DNA of 12,473 nucleotides from Candidatus Iainarchaeum sp. (GTDB lineage: Archaea; Iainarchaeota; Iainarchaeia; Iainarchaeales; 0-14-0-20-30-16), in assembly GCA_903916665.1 (NCBI GenBank), contig CAIWXP010000061.1:1-12473 (forward strand), in the 5' to 3' direction. Below are positions 1-6,003 of the stretch, piece after piece (positions within the stretch are counted from its first letter, which is position 1; every line of letters starts with the position of its first letter). The notes below the pieces were generated by a model, which had not been told where the DNA came from, searched no databases, and saw nothing but the letters and a program-made list of their open reading frames with translations. The position numbers were made by a program, and so were the translations under genes.

Positions 1-559
1 CATCAAAAAGAATAGTAATATCTCCATCTTTTCCCTTTCCATGCAAAACATTATTTTCGTGTGCAATAAATTCTTCTGGTAATTTATTTTTTCGCATATA
101 GTTTAGATAATACTGTATATTGCTTTCCTGTTTTATTTTATCTTTTATTCTATACATATCCAAATTTATAAAAATACCATTTGGTTTTAAACAAGTATAA
201 ATCTTTTTCAAAATTCGTTTTTTATCTGGATTCTTTAGATGATGCATTGTGAAGGACATTATAATACATTCTGATTTTGGAAGATCAATTTTCATAACAT
301 CTTTATTTATTGCTTTGAAATCATATTTAATTAATTTCTTTTTTGCAATTGATAAATATCTTTTATCTAAATCATAACCAATTATTTTTATTTTCTTATT
401 CTTAATAAAAATTACTTTATCTAAATTTGCAGTTCCACAACCTAAATCAATTATTCTTTTTATTTCACTAGGAATTAGTTTTGTAGTATCCTTTAACATA
501 CCCTCATATTTAGGATAACACCTACCAATTAAATAATCATAATTACCCAAAGATTTCAT
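1..559 (-). CDS. Class I SAM-dependent methyltransferase. Partial: the C-terminal part runs off the left edge of the window.
   Basis: This ORF is not in the supplied track because it is open at the window edge. My reverse-complement translation from ATG (557-559) has no stops through position 1: MKSLGNYDYLIGRCYPKYEGMLKDTTKLIPSEIKRIIDLGCGTANLDKVIFIKNKKIKIIGYDLDKRYLSIAKKKL...CIIMSFTMHHLKNPDKKRILKKIYTCLKPNGIFINLD... It shows motif I (DLGCGTA), an acidic residue after beta-2 (GYDLD) and a post-motif LKPNGIF, which is a typical Rossmann-fold MTase layout. It starts 4 nt after the stop of the upstream rSAM gene. Confidence 0.75.
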   Translation of the reverse strand, partial: MKSLGNYDYLIGRCYPKYEGMLKDTTKLIPSEIKRIIDLGCGTANLDKVIFIKNKKIKIIGYDLDKRYLSIAKKKLIKYDFKAINKDVMKIDLPKSECIIMSFTMHHLKNPDKKRILKKIYTCLKPNGIFINLDMYRIKDKIKQESNIQYYLNYMRKNKLPEEFIAHENNVLHGKGKDGDITILFD

Positions 560-563
560 AGTC

Positions 564-1538
564 TCACAGTTTGTATCCTAGGCAACCGCCATTGCAGGAA
601 AGATTTTCCCTTAAATTGCAATTCTTACAACAATCAAAAGATGGTTTTAATATTATTTTATTCATTTCTTTTCTTATTTGTTTTTCTATCTTTAAAAATT
701 CTAAAACACTATTAAATTTTCTATATTTTATTAAATCTCTTGCTGGCGGACACAATGCAATACCGTTATTATAAATTGTGAATTCCATACCACATTTAGA
801 TCTTAACCCCCCAAGTTTACTATATTTCTTTAATTGCTCTTTTGTGAATGCACAGGGAAATATTGCTCTTTCTGCGAGCATTTTTGTATTTGGATATTTT
901 ATTTTAAACTCTTTTATAAAATCTATAATATTATTGGCCATTTTTCTCATTGATTCTGGCGTAAAATAACTTAAATCTTTTAAACCAAAAACCTTTGTAT
1001 TGAAAGAATATTTTAACATTACTTTTGATTTATTAGTTTCTTTTAATTTATCATAAAAATCAAATATTAATTTCTTTTCAATTAAAGAGTTGCTTGAAAA
1101 GTTTACTCTCAAATCTAAAACTTTTTTCGCATCAATCAATTTATTTACTTTTTTCATGAATTCTTTATCTTTATTTAATATGTTTAATTTTGAAAAATCA
1201 ATATGTAACACAATATATTTAATGGATTTATCAAATAATTTATCAATATGAATTCCAGAAGTATAAACTAATAATTTCATTTTATATTTTTTGCAAATAT
1301 TTAATAATTCATCATAATGGGCGTATTCTGTTGGTTCTGAGCCAATTAGACCCACTCTATTTATGCCTGCTTTTTTTAGTATTTTAATATATTTTTCAAA
1401 CTCAAAAATAGAAAATTCTAAATTAGATTTATTATTTTTAATATATGCTCTTTCATAACAATATTTACAACCAATACTACACGGGCCTTCTTTTATTTGA
1501 AATAAAATCCATTCATCATTAGTTAATAATTTAGACAT
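564..1538 (-). CDS. Radical SAM enzyme with a Cys-rich SPASM/twitch-like C-terminal domain
   Basis: The ORF is 324 aa. It has an N-terminal CxxxCxxC motif (GPCSIGCKYCYE, aa 20-27) and a GGEP-like LIGSEPTEY. The last ~100 aa contain 8 Cys, including CGMEFTIYNNGIALCPP and CCKNCNLRENLSCNGGC (Cx2Cx7Cx3C). This resembles the SPASM auxiliary Fe-S motif (canonical Cx2Cx5Cx3C). The exact subfamily is not identifiable by eye. Confidence 0.85.
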   Translation of the reverse strand: MSKLLTNDEWILFQIKEGPCSIGCKYCYERAYIKNNKSNLEFSIFEFEKYIKILKKAGINRVGLIGSEPTEYAHYDELLNICKKYKMKLLVYTSGIHIDKLFDKSIKYIVLHIDFSKLNILNKDKEFMKKVNKLIDAKKVLDLRVNFSSNSLIEKKLIFDFYDKLKETNKSKVMLKYSFNTKVFGLKDLSYFTPESMRKMANNIIDFIKEFKIKYPNTKMLAERAIFPCAFTKEQLKKYSKLGGLRSKCGMEFTIYNNGIALCPPARDLIKYRKFNSVLEFLKIEKQIRKEMNKIILKPSFDCCKNCNLRENLSCNGGCLGYKL

Positions 1539-1590
1539 ATGTGATTACCTTATCATAATAAGAATATAAAATATATAAATGCTTACTAAA

Positions 1591-1628
1591 ATAAAAAAAT
1601 AGAAAAAGAATAGAAGCTATAAGCTTCT
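1591..1628 (-). terminator. Hairpin plus T-tract: candidate transcription terminator of the dnaG unit
   Basis: There is a perfect 7-bp inverted repeat agaagct-ata-agcttct at 1612-1628. On the minus strand it is followed by a T-rich run (attctttttctattttttt, the complement of 1591-1611). It lies downstream of the second dnaG-tail copy, not directly after the dnaG stop. Confidence 0.4.
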
Positions 1629-1643
1629 CATTCCTGTGTGTAA

Positions 1644-1670
1644 TTATGCATCATACTCGTGAACGTCAAA
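1644..1670 (-). repeat. Duplicated, synonymously diverged copy of the dnaG 3' coding terminus (encodes FDVHEYDA-stop)
   Basis: The reverse complement of 1644-1670 is ttt gac gtt cac gag tat gat gca taa (F D V H E Y D A *). The true dnaG end, the reverse complement of 1717-1743, is att gat gtc cat gaa tac gac gca tag (I D V H E Y D A *). Over the last 8 codons 17 of 24 nt are identical, and all 7 differences are third-position transitions. Confidence 0.7.
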
Positions 1671-1716
1671 GCATCTGAATGGCACGCGTATGCGGGACTT
1701 CTGAGGTATCGATGTC

Positions 1717-3372
1717 CTATGCGTCGTATTCATGGACATCAATTCCTTTTACTTTGTCCATCTTACCTTTTCTTGATCCTACAACAGCTAATATGCCTCT
1801 GCTCTTTGATAGTTCAACTAATCTCTTAGTTATTATTCCATCAAACAAAAGGTATGCGCCATTCTTTTGATCTTTAACCTGTTTCAAAATATCTTTAACT
1901 TTTGATTCTTCAGTTAATTTTCCATCCTTGTCAAAGAATCTTGCACTGAATGTATTTTTTAATTCATTCATGTTCTTTTTAACATCAACAGGATATCCTT
2001 TGAATTGGTCTTCTCTTTCAGGTAATTTAAATGTACTTTGTCTTGCAGCCGATTCTTTTCTTGGTTCTTCATGTTTATTTTCAAAAACAACTTCTGTTTT
2101 TATGTGCGAAGGAACATTAGAAATAATATCATTTACTTCTTCTGCAATAATATTTTGTTCTTTTAATTCTTGTCTAATATCTGGTTTATACTCTGGCTTT
2201 GGAGCATATTTTGGAAATTTGTTAAACTCTTCTCTTCTATTATCTAAGGGTCTTGGAGACGATCTTGGGCTATCATGATAGCTTGGTCTTGGACTTGAGC
2301 TAATTGATGTGCTGTGATAACCATTTCCGTTGCTATTGCTTGGGCCATTGCTGTGATATGAAGGTCTAGCAGAGTAATTATTATTGGGAGCAGAAGAACT
2401 ACTATGAGTTGAGTAACTGCTTACTGTGTTACTTGATCTTGAAATGCCCGAATCTGTGTTCTTTTCATGAACTTCAATATCTAGAGTGTTGAATAGGTCA
2501 TCATCATTAGATTCCCAGTATTTTTCTCCTAAGTCTATTTCGCCAGACTGCTTGTTAGTTTGAGCAACAGGTATTCTTTTACTTAAAGCAGCCAAAATCT
2601 GTTTCTTGGTTAATTCTTCCACTTCTAAACCCATTGGTGCTCTTGCAATAAAGTCAATTTCAGCAATTTGCAATAGTTTCTTTAAATCTAAAACTCCACC
2701 TCTGTCACCATCTAGAAAAGCAACAGTTGTTTTTCTTTTAGTTAAATCAACAATACTTTGAGGTATCTTTGAACCCCCCATAGCAATTGCGTTCTTGATA
2801 TTGTATTTTAATAAATTCAAAACATCTGCTCTTCCTTCAACTAGGATTATTTCTTCACTTTCTTCCACTGTTGGGCCGGCAGCCAATTTATCGGGACCAA
2901 AGGCAATAACCTTGGCAGTTTGAATATCAAATCTTACTTCATTTGTTATTTCTGTACTATCAGGTATTTCTTCATTCAAAATGTTTGCCAATAGTTCCTT
3001 TGCTCTGTTAACAATTTGCTTTCTCTTTGCGCCTCTAGTATCTTCAATACCTTCAGTTTTAAAGAATGCATCACAGGGGCCTACCTTATCAACTACTTCG
3101 ATTGTTGATGCCAATATAGCAGTTTCAACCATATCTGCTCCAGAAGGAATAGTCAAAGTTCCCTTAGTAACTCCTCTTTCAGAAGCTAGTTCTAGTTCAA
3201 TTCTTCCTATTTTACCTGCGCTTTGAAGTTCTCTTATGTCTAAGTCTTCACCAATTAGTCCTTCAGATTGACCGAAGATTGCACCTATAATATCGTGTTT
3301 GTCTACAACACCTTTGATTTCAAAAGATTGTCTAATAATATACTTAGCTTGATTCAAGTATGTTTTTGCCAT
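1717..3372 (-). CDS. dnaG: Archaeal-type DnaG (Toprim-domain primase / exosome-associated protein) with a low-complexity insertion
   Basis: The ORF is 551 aa. The N-terminus (YIIRQSFEIKGVVDKHDIIGAIFGQSEGLIGEDLDIRELQSAGKIGRIELE) is characteristic of archaeal DnaG. Toprim signatures are present: ILVEGRADVLNL (catalytic Glu) and FLDGDRGG (DxD). An AGGAG sits 10 nt upstream of the ATG. The protein is longer than the ~400-450 aa I expect for this family because of an S/N/P/Y/H-rich segment (aa ~305-376). Confidence 0.9.
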   Translation of the reverse strand: MAKTYLNQAKYIIRQSFEIKGVVDKHDIIGAIFGQSEGLIGEDLDIRELQSAGKIGRIELELASERGVTKGTLTIPSGADMVETAILASTIEVVDKVGPCDAFFKTEGIEDTRGAKRKQIVNRAKELLANILNEEIPDSTEITNEVRFDIQTAKVIAFGPDKLAAGPTVEESEEIILVEGRADVLNLLKYNIKNAIAMGGSKIPQSIVDLTKRKTTVAFLDGDRGGVLDLKKLLQIAEIDFIARAPMGLEVEELTKKQILAALSKRIPVAQTNKQSGEIDLGEKYWESNDDDLFNTLDIEVHEKNTDSGISRSSNTVSSYSTHSSSSAPNNNYSARPSYHSNGPSNSNGNGYHSTSISSSPRPSYHDSPRSSPRPLDNRREEFNKFPKYAPKPEYKPDIRQELKEQNIIAEEVNDIISNVPSHIKTEVVFENKHEEPRKESAARQSTFKLPEREDQFKGYPVDVKKNMNELKNTFSARFFDKDGKLTEESKVKDILKQVKDQKNGAYLLFDGIITKRLVELSKSRGILAVVGSRKGKMDKVKGIDVHEYDA

Positions 3373-3390
3373 TAAATATCTACTCCTGGA

Positions 3391-3660
3391 TTACCGAGTA
3401 GGAACAAATAGTGATATTGCCTTCTTGCTCTTTGCAACACGCAACACCTTAAAGTGGTTAGACTCTCCTTGTACTATGTCTGCATCAACATCGAGTTCCT
3501 TCAGGAACTTTAAAAGCCCTTTATTGGCTTTTCCTTCAAATGCCGGCTCTTTAATTTTAAATATAAAGGCCTCTTTATTTTTGTCATAACCTAAAAACTC
3601 ATTCTTACATGAATGAGGCTTAATAAATATCTTAATTGTAAAACTATTTGTCTGTTCCAT
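3391..3660 (-). CDS. DUF167 / YggU (UPF0235)-like small protein
   Basis: The ORF is 89 aa. The pattern IKIFIKPHSCKNEF...FKIKEPAFEGKANKGLLKFLKELDVDADIVQGESNHFKVLRV matches the DUF167 signature (beta strands, then the GKAN motif, then G.xS..K.v.i). It ends 18 nt upstream of the dnaG start, so it is probably co-transcribed with dnaG. Confidence 0.7.
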   Translation of the reverse strand: MEQTNSFTIKIFIKPHSCKNEFLGYDKNKEAFIFKIKEPAFEGKANKGLLKFLKELDVDADIVQGESNHFKVLRVAKSKKAISLFVPTR

Positions 3661-3724
3661 TTTCTTTAATCCTTATAATATAATGTATAAATAGGTTTAT
3701 AAATTATGACTTCAAGATACTTAT
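3661..3724. promoter_or_regulatory. Divergent promoter region with TATA-like boxes for both flanking genes
   Basis: This is a 64-nt AT-rich spacer between divergent starts. TTTATAAA at 3696-3703 lies 21 nt before the plus-strand ATG (3725), and no SD is present, which fits a leaderless mRNA. On the minus strand, TTTATACA lies 23 nt before the ATG at 3660. The calls rest on the motif and spacing only. Confidence 0.4.
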
Positions 3725-4552
3725 ATGATTTTTAAGGATCAAGATTTTGTTGCCCAACTAGCACTTTTTAGAGTCTATTCTTGGACCAGCACAGTTCTAT
3801 TAGCAGTACTTGCTTGTTTGTTGGCAAATAGTGGTAGTTATCTGTGGCCTGCAATTTTATCTTTAATTTTATGGTTTGATTTAAATTATATTTCTGAATT
3901 TATCCAAAAAGATAAAGGAAGAATTACTCATACTTTATTTTTAGTTATTTTAATTGGGTTTAGTATATTTTTCACATTAAATAATTTATTCGCATTGATT
4001 TCTAATTTGATCTTTTTGTTGTTGTGTATAAGTTATGGTGTAAAAAAGATTTGGAAATTTGGCTATGTTTCCTATTTAATTCGAGGAATTCAGCAATCAT
4101 TTCTTTTTTTAACTATTTATTTCTTTTGTCAAGGAATTCTAACTTCAATAAATTGGTATTTTGTAATTATTGTGTTCTCGTTGATTGCGGGAAGAAATTT
4201 AATTGGTGATTTGAGAGATGTTAAACACGATAAACTCACCTTGGCAACCAAATCTATTTTATTGGCAAAAATAATTTCTTTTATCTTACTAATAATAACC
4301 TGCGTTTTTTCATATTTATTTATACAAAATGTTTATTTATTAATTCCAATTATTATAATGTTAATCCTATTACTTTCATTTAATCAATTTAAATTACATA
4401 GAATTTGTGTGATATTAACAACTAGTTATTTTGTTGGTTTATTGATAATATTCACAAATAATTATTTATATTTATTAGCAATACCAATTGATATTATTCT
4501 ATCAATTCTATTTTATAAAAAAGTTTATAGAGAATCTAATAAATATATATAA
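3725..4552 (+). CDS. UbiA-superfamily-like polytopic membrane protein (putative prenyltransferase, divergent)
   Basis: The ORF is 275 aa and very hydrophobic, with ~8 predicted helices by eye. AGRNLIGDLRDVKHDKLTLA (aa 155-174) matches the second Asp-rich motif of UbiA/DGGGP-synthase-type enzymes (D..D...D followed by TL). The position expected for the first motif (NDxxDxxxD) reads NYISEFIQKDKGR (aa 54-66), which is degenerate. Confidence 0.55.
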   Translation: MIFKDQDFVAQLALFRVYSWTSTVLLAVLACLLANSGSYLWPAILSLILWFDLNYISEFIQKDKGRITHTLFLVILIGFSIFFTLNNLFALISNLIFLLLCISYGVKKIWKFGYVSYLIRGIQQSFLFLTIYFFCQGILTSINWYFVIIVFSLIAGRNLIGDLRDVKHDKLTLATKSILLAKIISFILLIITCVFSYLFIQNVYLLIPIIIMLILLLSFNQFKLHRICVILTTSYFVGLLIIFTNNYLYLLAIPIDIILSILFYKKVYRESNKYI

Positions 4553-4585
4553 TGGGAAAAATAAAAAAAAGAGATACTTATTAAT

Positions 4586-4957
4586 TTAATAAATATCTGA
4601 ACCTAATGCAATATCTTTATCTGGCATTAATAGAGAAACTTTTTCTGTCCCATCTTCTAATTTTTGAGACGCAGCTAATAGCATTCCTTGAGAAACAAAA
4701 GGGCCTAATTTTCTTGGTTCTAAATTACTTACAACAATTACATATTTATTTTGTAAATCTTCCTTTGTGTAATATAATTTCAAACCCGCAACCAAAGTTC
4801 TTTTTTCTACTTCACCTAAATCAACGGTTAACTTGAATAATTTATCTTTGCCTGAAATATCCTCGGCCATTAATATTTTGCCTACTTTTAGCTTAATCTT
4901 TGAAAATTGATCGTAATTAATATATTCTAATGTTTGCACACCTTCAACAGCTTCCAT
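4586..4957 (-). CDS. Stand-alone tRNA-binding domain protein (Trbp111 / CsaA / MetRS C-terminal-domain family)
   Basis: The ORF is 123 aa. FSKIKLKVGKILMAEDISGKDKLFKLTVDLGEVEKRTLVAGLKLYYTKEDLQNKYVIVVSNLEPRKLGPFVSQGMLLAA follows the OB-fold tRNA_bind consensus (F.K.dlrVG.I...e......KL..l.VD.G...R.iv.G........L.G..v.vv.NL.P.k..G..S.GMlL.A). A GGTGA Shine-Dalgarno (complement of 4962-4966) lies 4 nt upstream of the ATG. Confidence 0.85.
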   Translation of the reverse strand: MEAVEGVQTLEYINYDQFSKIKLKVGKILMAEDISGKDKLFKLTVDLGEVEKRTLVAGLKLYYTKEDLQNKYVIVVSNLEPRKLGPFVSQGMLLAASQKLEDGTEKVSLLMPDKDIALGSDIY

Positions 4958-5075
4958 AACTTCACCTTATATAATATAACACCAAAATGAATAAAAATCC
5001 CATTTAATGCCAAAATAGACATATATTTATATTATAATCCAGTCAAAATTAATATACTAATTGAAAAGCTCGCTA

Positions 5076-5147
5076 GGGGTTATCGTACAGCGGCTAGTAT
5101 AACAGTCTCCAAAACTGTCTACCAGGGTTCGAGTCCCTGTAACCCCA
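5076..5147 (+). tRNA. tRNA-Trp (anticodon CCA), uninterrupted, no encoded 3' CCA
   Basis: I folded it manually. Acceptor GGGGTTA/TAACCCC (7 perfect bp), U8, D arm GTAC-AGCGGCTA-GTAT, anticodon arm ACAGT-CTCCAAA-ACTGT (anticodon CCA), variable loop CTAC, T arm CAGGG-TTCGAGT-CCCTG, discriminator A. G1:C72 plus A73 is the archaeal/eukaryal tRNA-Trp identity set, not the bacterial G73. It forms a GC-rich island in AT-rich DNA. An AT-rich TTAATATA box sits ~20 nt upstream. Confidence 0.9.
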
Positions 5148-5155
5148 TCTCTACC

Positions 5156-5216
5156 GGTTTCTTTTCAAAAAAGAAACCAGAAGTTTCGCAAAGAAAACCA
5201 AGTGCCATAAAGGCAC
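5156..5216 (+). other. Three consecutive short hairpins immediately 3' of tRNA-Trp (terminator, processing signal or small structured RNA)
   Basis: H1 is ggtttctttt-caa-aaaagaaacc (5156-5178, 10 bp perfect). H2 is gtttc-gcaaa-gaaaac (5183-5198, imperfect). H3 is gtgcc-ataaa-ggcac (5202-5216, 5 bp). H1 and H2 share the GTTTC...GAAACCA unit. Confidence 0.35.
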
Positions 5217-5246
5217 AATAATTAATATTTATTAAATGGTGATTTA

Positions 5247-5960
5247 ATGGTTACAAAGAAAAATGAAAATGTAGAAATAAAAACAGAAAATAAAAAAGAA
5301 GAAAAAATAGAAATGAAACATGTTTATATGGTAGATTATTATATTAAAGACCTATCATTAAATAAATTCTTAGAAACAAATGTTCCAAACAAAATAAATC
5401 CAAATCCAAACGATAATGTTGTTGTATTTAAAGGAGAAAAACCAATTTTAGAAGGAATGGGCAATTTATTTCCTCAAGTGGAAGATACAATTCAAAAATT
5501 AAAAAATAATGAAGAAAAAACTTTGAAATTAACACCCATTGATGCCTACGGTTTAAGAAATAAAGAATTGGTTAAAGTAGTTCCGTTAAATGCATTTAAA
5601 GAAAATAAAATAAACCCATTTGTTGGATTAACTTTTGAAGCAGAAGGAACCTACGGTGTTGTTAAAAGTGTTTCTGGTGGAAGAGTTTTAGTTGATTTTA
5701 ATTCGCCCTATGCGGACCACGAAATTGAAGTTTATGTTCGAAAAATAAAAACTTGTAACGATAAAGAAGCAGTTGAAACTATAGTTCATAATTTCTTTGA
5801 AAAAACAGGTGCAAAATTAAAAAGTTTTGAAAATGAAAAAATTGTTATTGAACTAACTCCTCAAGGCGGAGCAAGTACAGAAATGTACAAACAAATATTT
5901 GAAGGATTCTTTAAGAATTTTGCCAAATATAAAGAACTAGTTCTTGAAGAGAAAAAATAA
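5247..5960 (+). CDS. FKBP-type peptidyl-prolyl cis-trans isomerase (archaeal long-type, with an insert-in-flap region)
   Basis: The ORF is 237 aa. VDYYIKDLSLNKFLETN, KTLKLTPIDAYGLRNKELVKVVPLNAFKE and GGRVLVDFNSPYADHEIEVYVRKI parallel archaeal FKBP/SlyD blocks (VdY.G.l..G.vFDtS; aYG.r...l...vp...F; VDFNHPLAGk.L.f.v.i). GGTGAT at 5238-5243 lies only 3 nt from the ATG. The K/E-rich first 22 aa could be spurious, in which case the start would be Met23 (5313). Confidence 0.8.
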   Translation: MVTKKNENVEIKTENKKEEKIEMKHVYMVDYYIKDLSLNKFLETNVPNKINPNPNDNVVVFKGEKPILEGMGNLFPQVEDTIQKLKNNEEKTLKLTPIDAYGLRNKELVKVVPLNAFKENKINPFVGLTFEAEGTYGVVKSVSGGRVLVDFNSPYADHEIEVYVRKIKTCNDKEAVETIVHNFFEKTGAKLKSFENEKIVIELTPQGGASTEMYKQIFEGFFKNFAKYKELVLEEKK

Positions 5961-5992
5961 AGCTAAAGAATAGCTTTATTAACTCTTTTTTT
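5958..5992 (+). terminator. Hairpin plus T7 run after the FKBP gene
   Basis: A 7-bp stem (taaagct at 5958-5964, agcttta at 5972-5978) has a 7-nt loop and is followed by ttttttt at 5986-5992. The same spacer carries TTTATTAA (5975-5982) ~22 nt before the ligase ATG. With no SD present, lig may be leaderless. Confidence 0.4.
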
Positions 5993-6003
5993 CTTAATTA
6001 TAT

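Noticed and set aside
1656-1704. Possible C/D-box sRNA in the GC-rich spacer after dnaG. Two CTGA motifs (1675-1678 and 1701-1704) lie 26 nt apart on the plus strand.
   Set aside because: No RTGATGA C box or C' box is present at the required positions. The sequence at ~1657-1663 is GTGAACG, and nothing resembling TGATGA sits between the two CTGA motifs. Terminal pairing is also lacking.
1660-1730. GC-rich island as a tRNA, a split-tRNA half or another cloverleaf RNA.
   Set aside because: I could not fold an acceptor, T-arm or anticodon arm on either strand. Only short stems are present (ggac...gtcc, gcat...atgc). The composition is better explained by the duplicated coding tail and its R/P-rich +1 frame.
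5076-5147. An intron or mobile-element attachment site associated with tRNA-Trp.
   Set aside because: The cloverleaf is contiguous at 72 nt with a normal 7-nt anticodon loop. I saw no second copy of the tRNA 3' half elsewhere in the window, and no integrase gene is nearby.
5247-5312. The K/E-rich N-terminal 22 aa of the FKBP as a separate feature or a slippery poly-A tract.
   Set aside because: It is in frame with the FKBP domain and preceded by GGTGAT. This is most simply a low-complexity N-terminal extension or an alternative-start issue (Met23 at 5313), not a distinct element.
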